From an uncultured Methylomirabilota bacterium (GTDB lineage Bacteria; Methylomirabilota; Methylomirabilia; Methylomirabilales; 2-02-FULL-66-22), in the NCBI GenBank assembly GCA_963845565.1, contig CAWJSJ010000005.1, positions 320,001 through 384,000 of the forward strand: a stretch of 64,000 bases of DNA. The letters run 5' to 3'. The number at the start of each line of letters is the position of its first letter. The first letter of the stretch is position 1. The notes below the pieces were generated by a model. That model was not told where the DNA came from, did not search any database, and saw nothing but the letters and a program-made list of their open reading frames with translations. Position numbers and translations under genes: made by a program. Below, piece after piece: positions 50,358 through 61,002 of the stretch.

Positions 50358-51425
50358 ATGGCGATCGTGACGATTGTGGGGGCCGGGTTCATGGGGACGG
50401 GGACGGCGTGGCCGCTGGCGGACAACGGCCACACGGTGCGGCTGGTGGGGACGCACCTGGATGCCGAGATCATTGCCAGTTGCCAGGAGAAACGATACCA
50501 CCCAAAGCTTCAGCGGGAGCTGCCGGCGGGGGTTCGGGCCTACCGGGTTGAGGACGCGGCGCAAGCCCTCGACGGCGCCGAGATCATCGTCAGCGGCGTG
50601 AACTCTTCGGGGGTGCACTGGGTCGGGCGGACCATCGGGCCGCATCTGCGTCCCGGCCAGATGATCATCGCCATCACGAAAGGGCTGGAGCTGGACGCGA
50701 ACGGCGATCTCGCCATTCTGCCCGACGTCCTGAAAGGCGAATTGCCTGCCGCGATCCGCGAGAAGGTTTCGCTGGCGGCCATCGGCGGACCCTGCATCGC
50801 CGGGGAGCTGGCCGGACGGCGGCAGAGCTGTGTGCTGTTCGGCTGTCGAGACGGGGATGCGGTGGAGCGGCTGGCCGCGGCCTTCCGCACCCCGTACTAT
50901 CACATCTGGACGACCACCGACCTGGTCGGACTGGAATACTGCGCCGCGCTCAAGAACGCCTACACGCTCGGGGTCGGGCTGGCGCTGGGGTTGCTGGAGA
51001 AGTCGGGCGGTGTGGACGCCGCGGGCGCGCACATGTACAACCTGGCCGCGGCGCTGTTCGGCCAGGCTTGCACCGAGATCGAGCGGATGCTCCGGCTCGT
51101 GGGCGGCACGCAGGCCTTTGCGTACGGGCTTCCGGGAGCCGGGGATCTGTACGTGACGTGCATGGGTGGGCGGACGGTTCGGTTGGGAACGCTCCTCGGG
51201 AAGGGGCACACCATGCGCGAGGCACGCGAGATCCTGAAAGGCCTCACTCTGGAGAGCGCGGAGATCGTCCGGGTGATGGGGCAGGCCCTCCCGCGCCTTG
51301 TACAACGCGGTCTCCTCGGGCCGGAGGAGTTGCCGCTGATGCGAACGCTGGTCGACGTGGTGGTCCACGGGCGGCCCGTGGAGATTCTGTCGGACGCGTT
51401 CTTTGGTGGCATCACGCGTGTCTGA
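50358..51425 (+). CDS. NAD(P)H-dependent glycerol-3-phosphate dehydrogenase-like protein (divergent GpsA family)
   Basis: GAGFMG, ITKGL, GGPCIAGE, LKNAY, GAGDLYVTC..GR. Confidence 0.8.
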   Translation: MAIVTIVGAGFMGTGTAWPLADNGHTVRLVGTHLDAEIIASCQEKRYHPKLQRELPAGVRAYRVEDAAQALDGAEIIVSGVNSSGVHWVGRTIGPHLRPGQMIIAITKGLELDANGDLAILPDVLKGELPAAIREKVSLAAIGGPCIAGELAGRRQSCVLFGCRDGDAVERLAAAFRTPYYHIWTTTDLVGLEYCAALKNAYTLGVGLALGLLEKSGGVDAAGAHMYNLAAALFGQACTEIERMLRLVGGTQAFAYGLPGAGDLYVTCMGGRTVRLGTLLGKGHTMREAREILKGLTLESAEIVRVMGQALPRLVQRGLLGPEELPLMRTLVDVVVHGRPVEILSDAFFGGITRV

Positions 51426-52503
51426 GTCGCGCGACGGGAGCTACGCCTTCTTCCAGAAGGGCGTCACCCTGATGGCCGACGCCATGCGCGGTCCGAGCCC
51501 ACGGATTCCCGTCTATGCGCAGATGCACGAATTCGTGGCGGAGCAGTGTGGTATTCCCCGGCGCGAGTTCTTCCGGCGACCGGAGCTTCTGGTGGCGGCG
51601 ACGCTGGACGTTCAGGCGAGGTTTGGCCTGGATGTCCCCGCCATCACGTACGACGTCTACAACATCGAGGCCGAGGCGCTGGGACAAGGCATTCGGTGGA
51701 GCGACACGGGCATGCCGGACATCGACCGGGATGCCCCCCTGGTGCGTGACCGGGCCGACCTGTCGCGCATCCGGACACCCCGGTTCGACTCTGTCGACGC
51801 CTGCGGACGGGTCCTCGCCATGCACGCCGCGTTCCGGCGGCTCACGGGCATCGAGCCGGGGTTGAGCTTCTGCGCCCCGTTCACGCTGGCCACCAATCTG
51901 CGCGGCATCGAGCAATTCCTGCTGGACATCTACACCGACCCGGATTTCGCCCGGGACCTCTTGACGCGGATCACCGAGGAGGTGCTGGCCCCCTGGATAC
52001 TCTACCAGCAGCGCCATTTTCCGGAGAGCGCCCGATTCAATGGTGTGGATGCCACCGCGTCGCCGCCGATCGTCAGCCCGGCCGTTCTCCGGGACTGGGT
52101 GGTGCCGTCGATTCTTCGGCTGCGCACGCTGTGCGGCCCGGGCGTGTTCGTGGCGAACTGGGTGGGTGAGCAACTGATCGAGCGGCCCGAGGAGATGCTG
52201 GACCTCAAGCTGCTGGTGGGACCGGGGTCGCTCCTGGGCCAGGACCCGGACGTCGAGGCGCTGGGCCCGGAGCTCTACAAGGCGTACGCGGTCCGCCACG
52301 ACGTGCCGCTGGTTCTGGGGGTCGGTGCGGGGTTTCTTGCGGGTGCGCGTCCCGAGGCGGTCGCCGAGCGGGTGCGACGCTACGTCGAGGTGGGGGCGCG
52401 GGGCGGGCGGTTCGCCCTGTACCTCTGCAACCTGGGGGCGAGCACCCCGCCGGAGAATCTCCGCGCGGCCGTGGCGGCGGCGCACGCCGTCGCCACGGCC
52501 TGA
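51418..52503 (+). CDS. UroD/MtaA-superfamily TIM-barrel protein
   Basis: RIPVYAQM, EAEALG, APFTLATNLRG, TPPENL; overlaps the upstream stop. Confidence 0.75.
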   Translation: MSESRDGSYAFFQKGVTLMADAMRGPSPRIPVYAQMHEFVAEQCGIPRREFFRRPELLVAATLDVQARFGLDVPAITYDVYNIEAEALGQGIRWSDTGMPDIDRDAPLVRDRADLSRIRTPRFDSVDACGRVLAMHAAFRRLTGIEPGLSFCAPFTLATNLRGIEQFLLDIYTDPDFARDLLTRITEEVLAPWILYQQRHFPESARFNGVDATASPPIVSPAVLRDWVVPSILRLRTLCGPGVFVANWVGEQLIERPEEMLDLKLLVGPGSLLGQDPDVEALGPELYKAYAVRHDVPLVLGVGAGFLAGARPEAVAERVRRYVEVGARGGRFALYLCNLGASTPPENLRAAVAAAHAVATA

Positions 52504-52525
52504 TCCAAGGAGGCCCGTCCCTCAT

Positions 52526-53227
52526 CTACACATGGGTGAGGTGATCGTCGTCTCCGTCCCGTTTGCGGATACGACTCTCCAAAATTTCTCGGGCTAGATC
52601 CTTGCCGCCCAGGCCGAAGGCCAGCGCCAATGCGAGCACCGTCCCGGCGAAAGCGATGCCGAACGTCAGGAGCACCATCTCGCGCGCGATGCCGAGTTGC
52701 GTGAGGGCCGCGGCGCCGGCAAAGACGAGGACCAGCCAGCGGACCGCCCCGGCGATGAGCGGGGCCAAGGCCACCTGGGCGTTCACCGCGGCAATCAAGA
52801 CCGCCTGGGCCATGAAATTCGCCAGAAGCCATCCCACCATCCAGACCAGGCCGGCGATGACAAGGTTCGGGAGAAAGCGAACCACGACGGCCACGAGGCC
52901 GGACGTGGCCGGCATCTCCAGCGCCTCTATGGCCATGAGGAGCGTGACGAAAAGGATCGTCCAGAAGGTCAGCCGGCCGACCAGTAACGACGGGGGCTGC
53001 TGGATGCCGCTCCGGGCCAAGCCGGCCGTCAGTCCCCAACGGGCGGAGCGGGCATCCGCGTTCAGCACGCGGCAGATGCGGACGACGAGACGACGGGCGA
53101 CCGCGGCCACGGCCCACCCCACCGCGATCAGGGTAAGCACCGCCAGCAGGCGGGGCGCCGCGTGGCTCAACCGGTCCATCACCTCTCGAAACGAGGTTAC
53201 CAGGACGTCGCTCCAAGGGTCTCGCAT
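52526..53227 (-). CDS. CmpX/MscS-related membrane protein (TM-helix repeats)
   Basis: FLPNLVIAGL, ALTQLGIA, LALALAFGLGGKDLARE. Confidence 0.8.
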   Translation of the reverse strand: MRDPWSDVLVTSFREVMDRLSHAAPRLLAVLTLIAVGWAVAAVARRLVVRICRVLNADARSARWGLTAGLARSGIQQPPSLLVGRLTFWTILFVTLLMAIEALEMPATSGLVAVVVRFLPNLVIAGLVWMVGWLLANFMAQAVLIAAVNAQVALAPLIAGAVRWLVLVFAGAAALTQLGIAREMVLLTFGIAFAGTVLALALAFGLGGKDLAREILESRIRKRDGDDDHLTHV

Positions 53228-53231
53228 GTCT

Positions 53232-54479
53232 CTACCTCCATCGGGCGGCCAGTCCCGCCTTCTCGACTTCGAAGGCTCTGCCGACGCCTTCCAGGACCGC
53301 CGGGAAGCGGGCGGACGTCCCGGCCTGCGTCTCGCGCAGGAAGGCCGCCACCCGGCCGAGATATAGCGGGGTCAAGGCCCGCAGCAGATGATCCCGCGGC
53401 AGCCGCTGCTCGTGGTAAGCCACGGCGAAATCGAACGCCACGCGGGCCCAGTGTTCCGCGGGAAAAATGAACTCGTCTGGGAACAGCAGGCCCAGCGGGT
53501 AGAGCGAGGCCAGCGTCTCTTCCTGGAGTGCCTGCTCCCAGACCGGCAACAGATCCTTGAGCCCCAGCTTGAACGCGCGGACCATCCGGTCCAGGTGGAC
53601 CTCGCCGGTTTCCGGCAGGATAGTGGGCGGATCCCCAATCCGCGGAACGGAGGTGCTCGCGCCGCTCTCCGACCAGGCCGCGCGGTACCGGTCCATCAGG
53701 TGGAAGAAGGGGCCCACCGTATGGGCGATCGTGGTGGCCAAGTCGGGCGGCGCCAAACCGGCGTCCAGCGCCTTCCGCCCCTGATGTACCTCTACGATCC
53801 GGTTCCCGGAGGTGATGGCATCGATCGCCAACCGGATCTCCAGGCCATGGCCGGTCAGGTCGCTATCCCGGGCCTCGGTCTCGAGGAGTCGCGTCACGAC
53901 CTGCCCCGAGAGCGCCGCACACCCCCCAAGGAGCTGCTGGATCCGTCGGCCGTACAGTGCCCGGCACATGGGGGCGAGCAGGTTCGTGGTGAGGGTTCCC
54001 TCCGCGGCCGTGTGCGTGTACGCCGGACTCACGCAGTCCGCCTCCCCGGCAAGGATCGGTTGCACGAGCCGCCCGAGTCCTTCGGGCGTCAGGCTGACCA
54101 GGCCGGCATCCACCAGGGCGCAGACCGCGGGGCCGAGACGGTGCGCGACAGTCAGCGCGCCGATGATGGCCCGCGAGCGGCTGGGCGGTCCGGCGATCCG
54201 GACGCAGCACACCGGCGGACCGGGGACGCGGGAAGCCACCCAGCGCGTGACGGCGTCCACTGTCTCGTCCCGAAATCCAGCCTCGACGACGACGATGCCG
54301 CACTTCCGATCTGCGAGCGGGGCGGCCAGTCCTGCCGCTGCCGCCTCGACGACGCGAACCGCGCTGCGGGCTTGGTTCAGGGCGCACACCCCCACCAGAA
54401 CCTCTACCGGCCCGAGCGAGTCCACGGTGTGGAGATCGCCGTCGTTCAGGAGATGTGCCGCCCCGATCGGCTCCGTCAT
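53232..54479 (-). CDS. GT-A glycosyltransferase homologue (glucosylglycerate synthase-like) with degenerate motifs
   Basis: Family scaffold retained (RALYGRRIQQ, LTPLYLGRVAAF) but the DxD position reads DAG. Confidence 0.75.
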   Translation of the reverse strand: MTEPIGAAHLLNDGDLHTVDSLGPVEVLVGVCALNQARSAVRVVEAAAAGLAAPLADRKCGIVVVEAGFRDETVDAVTRWVASRVPGPPVCCVRIAGPPSRSRAIIGALTVAHRLGPAVCALVDAGLVSLTPEGLGRLVQPILAGEADCVSPAYTHTAAEGTLTTNLLAPMCRALYGRRIQQLLGGCAALSGQVVTRLLETEARDSDLTGHGLEIRLAIDAITSGNRIVEVHQGRKALDAGLAPPDLATTIAHTVGPFFHLMDRYRAAWSESGASTSVPRIGDPPTILPETGEVHLDRMVRAFKLGLKDLLPVWEQALQEETLASLYPLGLLFPDEFIFPAEHWARVAFDFAVAYHEQRLPRDHLLRALTPLYLGRVAAFLRETQAGTSARFPAVLEGVGRAFEVEKAGLAARWR

Positions 54480-54494
54480 CCGGGCATCCTTTGG

Positions 54495-55703
54495 CTATCC
54501 CGTGAGGTTGGCCAGCAGGGCAAGGTAATCGCCCAGGTGTCGCGTGATGAGGAAGTTTCGGCGGACGTATTCTCGGGCGGCGCCCCCGAGCCGGGCCATG
54601 AGGTCCGGGTTGTCCAGCAGTTGACGGATCCGAAAGGCTGCTCCCTCCACCGAGTTGACCGTGTACCCGGTGACCTCGAAGATCACCTGCACCGGGATGC
54701 CTCCGGCGAAACTCCCGATGACGGGCTTTCCCTTCCACATGGCCTCGGCCACGCCCAGACCGAAATCTTCCGTGAGGGGCTTGTGCAACACGATAGCGGC
54801 GGCGCGCTGGAGGACGTTGATCTCCCGCGCTGCGTCCGGTGGCAGGACGAGGGGGTGGATGTCCGCGTCCCCGGCGGCGGCCTGGCGCACCTCGGCCATG
54901 ACCGCCGTGCCCTCCGGGTTGTCGGAGGCCACGCCGCCCGCCAGGACCAGCCGACAAGCCACGTACTTCTTGGCCAGCCGGTAGGCCTGAATCACGCCCA
55001 GGTGGTCCGCAGACGCAATATACGGGGCGACCTGGAGGAGGATGGGTTTGTCCCGGGGGATCCCCAGCCGATCCAGGCCCTGCTGGACCTCGGCCCGGCT
55101 CAGGTCGCGATTCTTTTCGCTGAGAGGGTCGACGGAGGGATGGATGATCAGGGCCGGAACGGGCACCCGCTGGGCAAATTTCGGAAGGGAGAAGACTGTC
55201 GCGTCGTAACGCCCGACGTCGCGCCGCAGGAGGTGCCAGATGCGCCGAGAGGCCCGGGACAGGTCGGTGTGACAGCGCCACACCCAGCGCCCCCGGTCCC
55301 GCCGGTGACGAACCAGCGGAAGCGGCGCGAGATCGTGGATCATGACGAGGTCGGCATCCAGGGGGAGCGTGGGCCAATTCGCCGCCGCCGTCCCCTCGTA
55401 CGACCGGAGCATGCTGTCGGTGATGTGGTGCTCCCGGCCCGCGGCCGCCAACTCCAGCGCGCGGATTGCCGCGTAGAACTCCGGGTCGCCGACGATGACC
55501 TCCCACGCCGAATCGATTCCCATGTCCTGCATCATGGGCACGAGCCGGTTCAGGATTTCCGGCGACCCACCGCCATAGCGGCCGGCATTCACATGGACGA
55601 ACCGTCGCCCCCGCAGCCGCTCGGCGAGACGGGCGAGCAGTTCCAGCGTCCCCTGTGGCGCCACCTCGCGATAGGCTTCCAGTTGGGCCGGTATCATCGT
55701 CAT
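54495..55703 (-). CDS. TreT-like GT-B glycosyltransferase with degenerate motifs
   Basis: HVN...GGG, IHD, WRCH.D, PSVDPLSEKN, EAMWKGKPVIG; SRFD..K replaced by APYIASA. Confidence 0.8.
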   Translation of the reverse strand: MTMIPAQLEAYREVAPQGTLELLARLAERLRGRRFVHVNAGRYGGGSPEILNRLVPMMQDMGIDSAWEVIVGDPEFYAAIRALELAAAGREHHITDSMLRSYEGTAAANWPTLPLDADLVMIHDLAPLPLVRHRRDRGRWVWRCHTDLSRASRRIWHLLRRDVGRYDATVFSLPKFAQRVPVPALIIHPSVDPLSEKNRDLSRAEVQQGLDRLGIPRDKPILLQVAPYIASADHLGVIQAYRLAKKYVACRLVLAGGVASDNPEGTAVMAEVRQAAAGDADIHPLVLPPDAAREINVLQRAAAIVLHKPLTEDFGLGVAEAMWKGKPVIGSFAGGIPVQVIFEVTGYTVNSVEGAAFRIRQLLDNPDLMARLGGAAREYVRRNFLITRHLGDYLALLANLTG

Positions 55704-57940
55704 GTCCCCGCCGCCAACGCTTCGTCGCACAACTGGATGAGCCGGGTCCGGGCGCGCTCCAGGCTGCCGGCGTACGGATCAACGGCCCGCACCTTGGCCG
55801 CCAGCGGTGGAAGGCCCAGCCCGTGCTCCAGCCAGGCGGCGAAATCGTTCTGTCCTCGGCCGAGCCGCATCCGCGCCTCGACCAGGTGGAAGTAGATGGC
55901 GCTCACGTCCACGTCCAGCAAGGCGCTCCGCAGCTCCTCCAGCGTTCGGACCTCGGTTCCCGTGGGAACCTCTACGATGCGGGACTGGATGAACTCGAAT
56001 GGTTCGCCTAGGAGCGCGGCGGGAACGACCTGGAGGCCGCGCAGGTGATCGTCGATGACCGACACGAGCTCCTCGCGCAGCGCCTGGAGGTTCGGGAAGT
56101 GCGCGGGGTCCACCATGGCCAGGCGTTCGCCGAGCACCCGATCCCGGACCTGGACGGCTGCCCAGGTCGCAAAGTCGTTGGGATAGGCGCCCGCGACGAA
56201 TTTGTGCCGGAGAAAGAAGCCGTGGGTGTGGTAGTAGATTGAGTCCAGGGACACCTCGTCGATGAGATCGGCGAGCTGGCGTTCGTTCTCGGCGCGCACT
56301 CCCACGAACTCCCGAAGCTCCAGGCAAGCCACGAAGCCGAAGGGTCCCGCCCCGAGGCGAAGGGACGCGGGCGCCGGCCTGGGCGTGACCCTCCCGGCCC
56401 GTCGCAAGCCCTCCAAGGGGATGCGGACCCAGGTCGGCCGGTGGTCGAGCTCGTATTGCAGCTCGTAGACCGTTTTGTCGAGGACGAAGGCGCGCAAGGC
56501 GGCGTCCAGGCGGTCGCGGTCGGCCGGGAGGAAGCGGGCTCCACGCTGCAAGGTCTCGGCGAGGTAGCCCTCGAGAAACGCCGCCTGGACCCCCTGCTCC
56601 CATCGCTCCGCCCACGGGACAAGTCGGTCCCGCTCCCCAGGCGTCTCCATGGTCGCCGCCGCGAGACCGCTCTCGGCGGCGTAGGCAAAGGAGCGGAGCA
56701 TCCCGGCCACGTCCTTCAGGGCGCAGTGTTTGGCGCGGCGCTCCGCGAGGGGCCGGGTCGGCTCCCCTTCGAAATCCAGGATGACAAAGCCGTCGCCGGC
56801 CTTGAGCACCTGCCCCAGGTGGTAGTCCCCGTGGATGCGGATCTTCGTGACCGACTCCGCGCCTAGGGCGTCCAGGGTCGTCAGGCTTTCCCGCAGGCGG
56901 GCCGCGGACTCGAGGGTTTGGTGCGCCAGGTCGCGGACGGTGGGGGGCAGGGTCTCGTGGACAGAGGCCAGCGTCTGCATGACGCGGTCGAGGTACGCCT
57001 GCATCCCTTCCCGCCAGACTGCGACCTCGGCGCCGCTCACCACTTCGGGAGCAAACGCGGGCTCGGTGGCGGAGGCCAGGGCCATGTGAAGCTGCCCGGT
57101 CAGTGCACCCAGCCGACGCGCTTCTTCGGCGTCGGCGTCCGCCAGCGTCCGCGCGAAGGCCTCGCTGCCCGTTCCCTCGGCCTCTAGGCCCTCCTGCGCG
57201 GCGGCGAAGTAATCGGCCAGCCGGCCCAGGGTGGCCGTCCACGCGTCGCCTTGATTCGGAACGAACTCCTGAACGACGCCCAGCGTAATTGGCGTCTCCC
57301 TGTCGCGCTCGTAGGCGATCGAGCCAACCAGCCTAGGGATCCCGCGGAAGGCCGTTCCCCGGGTGAGGTAGTCGGCGATCTCGAAGTCCGGATTCGCGCC
57401 GCTCTCGAGTTTCCGGAACAGCTTCAGGACGGCCCGGGCGTCGTAGACGACGGAGGTGTTGCTCTGTTCGGCCGCCACGCGGGAGACGGCCTCCGGCGCG
57501 CCGGGCGCGATCTCCGTCAGGAGGGCCGTCGGTGTAAAGTGGAACACCCCCCGCCGACCCGCCAAGGAGGTTTGCGCCCGAAGGTGCCCGAGCAGGGCGC
57601 GGCAGAATTCCGGATCCTCCATGGCGTCTCGGATCTCGCCTTTGCCGGAGGCAGGGAGGACCGGGACATTGTAGGTCTCTCGCCCCCCATCGGTGTAGGT
57701 GACCTCGAAGATGGCGAGAATGCCGCGGGTTTCCGGAACGGTCGTCACATCCAGGGGAACGACCCCGGCGACGTTCCGGGTCTTGCTTCCGAACCAGCGC
57801 CGGGTCGGAAGCCAGGCCGGGAGGGCCGCTGCCGCACGGGCGGTGAGCTCCTCCGGAGGCAATGCCTTGCGGGGTGCCCGGCGGGTTACCACGCGCCCTG
57901 GGGGTCTCGACGGGGAGGATCGTGTCTTGCCGGCCATCAC
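55700..57940 (-). CDS. mak: Maltokinase (Mak/Pep2) fused to a C-terminal DUF5752-like tandem domain
   Basis: RRWFGSK, EQSNTS, LKLFR, RIHGDYHLGQVL, DFEGEP, DVAGMLRSF; then two repeats with SIYYH/AIYFH and NDFA.W. Confidence 0.85.
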   Translation of the reverse strand: MMAGKTRSSPSRPPGRVVTRRAPRKALPPEELTARAAAALPAWLPTRRWFGSKTRNVAGVVPLDVTTVPETRGILAIFEVTYTDGGRETYNVPVLPASGKGEIRDAMEDPEFCRALLGHLRAQTSLAGRRGVFHFTPTALLTEIAPGAPEAVSRVAAEQSNTSVVYDARAVLKLFRKLESGANPDFEIADYLTRGTAFRGIPRLVGSIAYERDRETPITLGVVQEFVPNQGDAWTATLGRLADYFAAAQEGLEAEGTGSEAFARTLADADAEEARRLGALTGQLHMALASATEPAFAPEVVSGAEVAVWREGMQAYLDRVMQTLASVHETLPPTVRDLAHQTLESAARLRESLTTLDALGAESVTKIRIHGDYHLGQVLKAGDGFVILDFEGEPTRPLAERRAKHCALKDVAGMLRSFAYAAESGLAAATMETPGERDRLVPWAERWEQGVQAAFLEGYLAETLQRGARFLPADRDRLDAALRAFVLDKTVYELQYELDHRPTWVRIPLEGLRRAGRVTPRPAPASLRLGAGPFGFVACLELREFVGVRAENERQLADLIDEVSLDSIYYHTHGFFLRHKFVAGAYPNDFATWAAVQVRDRVLGERLAMVDPAHFPNLQALREELVSVIDDHLRGLQVVPAALLGEPFEFIQSRIVEVPTGTEVRTLEELRSALLDVDVSAIYFHLVEARMRLGRGQNDFAAWLEHGLGLPPLAAKVRAVDPYAGSLERARTRLIQLCDEALAAGT

Positions 57941-59202
57941 GCGCCTCCGGGATGGTGTGTCGGCCTGTCACCCTGCAGCAGGGTTTTGTAGAGGCCGAGC
58001 GTTGCCTCGGCCACCGCGCGCCAGCTGAATCGGTCCTCGACCCGGCGCCGCCCGCTGGCGCCCATGCGCCGGCGGAGCGCGGGATCCGCGAGGAGGGCGT
58101 TGATGGATCGCGCGAGATCGCGAGCGAATTCATCGGGCCGCACGGGCTCGAACGGAGGCTCGGCTTGCTTCGCCACAGGGACCAGGAACCCGGTCTCTCC
58201 GTGCACCACGACCTCCGGGATCCCGCCGACCGCGCTGGCGACCACCGGGGTCCGGCAGGCCATGGCCTCCAGGTTGATGATGCCGAACGGCTCGTAGATC
58301 GAGGGGCAACAGAACACCGACGCCTGCGAATAGAGCTGGATGGCTGTCGGCCGGTCCACCATCTCTCGGATCCAGATGACCCGGTCCCGCACCTCCTGGA
58401 CACGGTCCAGCGCGGCCTGCACCTCGCGCGCGATCTCCTCACTGTCCGGACTGGTGGCGCAGAGGACCACCTGGGCGTGGGGATCGAGGTGCGGGACGGC
58501 GGCGAGCAGGTGCAGGATCCCTTTCTGACGCGAGATGCGACCCAGGAAGAGGACCGTGGGTCGCGCGAGATCGATACCGAACCGCGCAAGGCGGTCGCGG
58601 GCCTCCACCCGGTTGTACTCGTCGGGGTCGATCCCGTTGTGGATGATCGCGACTCGTTCGGCGGAGACCCGGAAATGCCGCAGAATGTCCGCCTTCATCT
58701 CCTGGGAGACCGCGATGACGGCGTCCGCCGCCTCCAGGGCCGTCCGCTCGACCCAGGCCGACAAATCCGCTGCCCGGCCCAATTGCTCCCGCTTCCACGG
58801 CCGGAGGGGCTCCAGCGAGTGCGCGGTAATCACCAAGGGAATTCCGTACAAGAGCTTGGCCAGCAGCCCGCCGAAGTGGGCGTACCAGGTGTGGCAGTGG
58901 ACGACGTCGGCCTGGATTACACGGGCGGCGAAGCCGATGCCCACGCGGAGGGCCTGCAGGGCAAGGAGGAACTTCTCGGGAACGTCCTCCGACCCGCCCT
59001 GGGCGAACCGGAACCCGTGGACGTCCAGGTTCTTCTCGGAGAGATCCTGGTCGCCGAACGTCCGGACCTCGACCGGGATCAGCCTGGCCAGCTCCCGGGT
59101 GAGATAGTCGACGTGGACCCCGGCGCCCCCATACACCTCGGGGGGATACTCCCGGGTCAGGAACAGTGCCTTGATCTCAGATGGCTGTGGCTTCGATGCC
59201 AT
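57937..59202 (-). CDS. glgM: GlgM/GlgA-type GT4 glucosyltransferase (maltose-1-phosphate synthase)
   Basis: [48 protein letters not shown]. Confidence 0.88.
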   Translation of the reverse strand: MASKPQPSEIKALFLTREYPPEVYGGAGVHVDYLTRELARLIPVEVRTFGDQDLSEKNLDVHGFRFAQGGSEDVPEKFLLALQALRVGIGFAARVIQADVVHCHTWYAHFGGLLAKLLYGIPLVITAHSLEPLRPWKREQLGRAADLSAWVERTALEAADAVIAVSQEMKADILRHFRVSAERVAIIHNGIDPDEYNRVEARDRLARFGIDLARPTVLFLGRISRQKGILHLLAAVPHLDPHAQVVLCATSPDSEEIAREVQAALDRVQEVRDRVIWIREMVDRPTAIQLYSQASVFCCPSIYEPFGIINLEAMACRTPVVASAVGGIPEVVVHGETGFLVPVAKQAEPPFEPVRPDEFARDLARSINALLADPALRRRMGASGRRRVEDRFSWRAVAEATLGLYKTLLQGDRPTHHPGGA

Positions 59203-60847
59203 ACGTCTCCGTTTGAGCGTCCGACCGCTGCAATCGGAACCAGTAGTACCCGTACGGTCCCAGGCCCAGGACGTAGGGCTGGTCACCGATGGGGGGAAAG
59301 CGCGCCCCACCCAGCATCTCGACGGGGGTGGCGCCGCGGAAGTCCCGGAGATCCAGCTCCACCGGCTCCGAGGAGCCGGCCAGGTTGTGGACGGTGAGGA
59401 TGGTCTCCCCCTGATATTCTCGCACGTGCGCCAGGACACGGGTGTTGGCCGGCGGGAGGAATCTCAAGGTCCCCCTTCCGAAGACCCGGGATGACTTCCG
59501 AGCGGCAATCAACCGCCGCATCCAGAGCAGGAGGGAGGAGGGGGTGCGGAGTTGCGCCTCCACGTTGACGGCCTGGTAGCCATAGAGGGGATCCACGATC
59601 ACGGGACTGCACAACTGGCCCGGATCGGATCGAGAGAAGCCGGCATTCCGATCGGCGGACCACTGCATCGGCGTGCGAACGCCGTTGCGGTCCTTCAAGT
59701 GAATGTTGTCCCCCATGCCGATCTCGTCCCCATAGTAGATGATCGGGGTGCCGGGCAGGGTGAACAAGAGGCTGTGAAGCAGCTCGATTTTCCTCCGATC
59801 GTTCTCCAGCAGCGGAGCCAGGCGCCGACGGATCCCGATGTTCAGTTTCATCACGGGGTCCTGGGCGTAGGCGTAGTACATATAGTCCCGCTCCGGGTCC
59901 GTGCACATCTCCAGCGTCAGCTCGTCGTGGTTCCGGAGGAAGACGCACCATTGGCACGATTCCGGGATGGGCGGTGTGTGGAGGAACATGTCGGTGATCG
60001 GCCGCCGATCCGCGCTCCGCACGGCCATGAAGATCCGCGGCATGAGGGGGAAGTGAAACGCCATGTGGAACTCGTCCCCGTCGCCGAAGTACGGCCGCAC
60101 GTCCTTGGGCCACTGGTTGGCCTCGGCCAGGAGGATTCGGCCGCGGTACTCGACGTCCAGGGTGGCGCGCAAGCGCTTGAGAAAGGCATGGGTCTCGGGG
60201 AGGTTCTCGCCGTTCGTCCCGTCGCGCTCGAAGAGGTAGGGCACGGCGTCGCAGCGAAAGCCATCCAACCCCTTGTCCAGCCAGAACCGCATGGCGTCCA
60301 GGATGGCCTGTTGCACCTTGGGGTTGTCGTAGTTCAGATCCGGCTGGTGGCTGAAGAAGCGGTGCCAAAAGTACGCCTTGGCCTCGGGGTCCCACGTCCA
60401 GTTGGACTTCTCGGTGTCCACGAAGATGATGCGTGCTTCGGGGTAGCGCCGGTCCGTGTCGCTCCAGACGTAATAGTCCCGCTTGGGCGAGGTGGGATCG
60501 CGGCGGGCCTCCTGGAACCAGGGGTGCTGATCGGAGGTATGGTTCACCACCAGGTCGGTGATGACCTTGAGTCCGCGGCGGTGGGCCGCGTCCAGGAATT
60601 GCTGGAATTCGCCCATGGTTCCGTAAAGAGGAGAGACGGCATGGAAGTCGGCGATGTCGTACCCGTCGTCGCGGAGGGGCGACGGATAGAACGGGAGCAG
60701 CCACAAGCCGTCCACACCCAGATCCTGAATATAATCCAGCCGGTCCAGAAGGCCCCGGAAGTCGCCGATGCCGTCGTCGTTTCCGTCCTGGAAGGCCTTG
60801 ACGTGCAGCTCGTAGAAGATCGCGTCTTTGTACCAGAGATCGGTCAT
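59177..60847 (-). CDS. treS: Trehalose synthase (maltose alpha-D-glucosyltransferase)
   Basis: [47 protein letters not shown]. Confidence 0.95.
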   Translation of the reverse strand: MTDLWYKDAIFYELHVKAFQDGNDDGIGDFRGLLDRLDYIQDLGVDGLWLLPFYPSPLRDDGYDIADFHAVSPLYGTMGEFQQFLDAAHRRGLKVITDLVVNHTSDQHPWFQEARRDPTSPKRDYYVWSDTDRRYPEARIIFVDTEKSNWTWDPEAKAYFWHRFFSHQPDLNYDNPKVQQAILDAMRFWLDKGLDGFRCDAVPYLFERDGTNGENLPETHAFLKRLRATLDVEYRGRILLAEANQWPKDVRPYFGDGDEFHMAFHFPLMPRIFMAVRSADRRPITDMFLHTPPIPESCQWCVFLRNHDELTLEMCTDPERDYMYYAYAQDPVMKLNIGIRRRLAPLLENDRRKIELLHSLLFTLPGTPIIYYGDEIGMGDNIHLKDRNGVRTPMQWSADRNAGFSRSDPGQLCSPVIVDPLYGYQAVNVEAQLRTPSSLLLWMRRLIAARKSSRVFGRGTLRFLPPANTRVLAHVREYQGETILTVHNLAGSSEPVELDLRDFRGATPVEMLGGARFPPIGDQPYVLGLGPYGYYWFRLQRSDAQTETYGIEATAI

Positions 60848-61002
60848 GGTTGAGGTTCAACCTTCACGGTGTAATGTTCAAGGGTGACGGTCCAAGATCC
60901 GCAGGCCGACCTGCGGGTTCTGCCGTGCGACACGCAATGCCCTATGGCCACCGACCAATAGGCCGGCGCATGCGTATGCGCTCCGGCAGCGATCGTCCGT
61001 GT

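Noticed and set aside
53388..55895. 835-aa plus-strand ORF and 639-aa alternate-frame ORF
   Set aside because: Shadows of the glycosyltransferase genes
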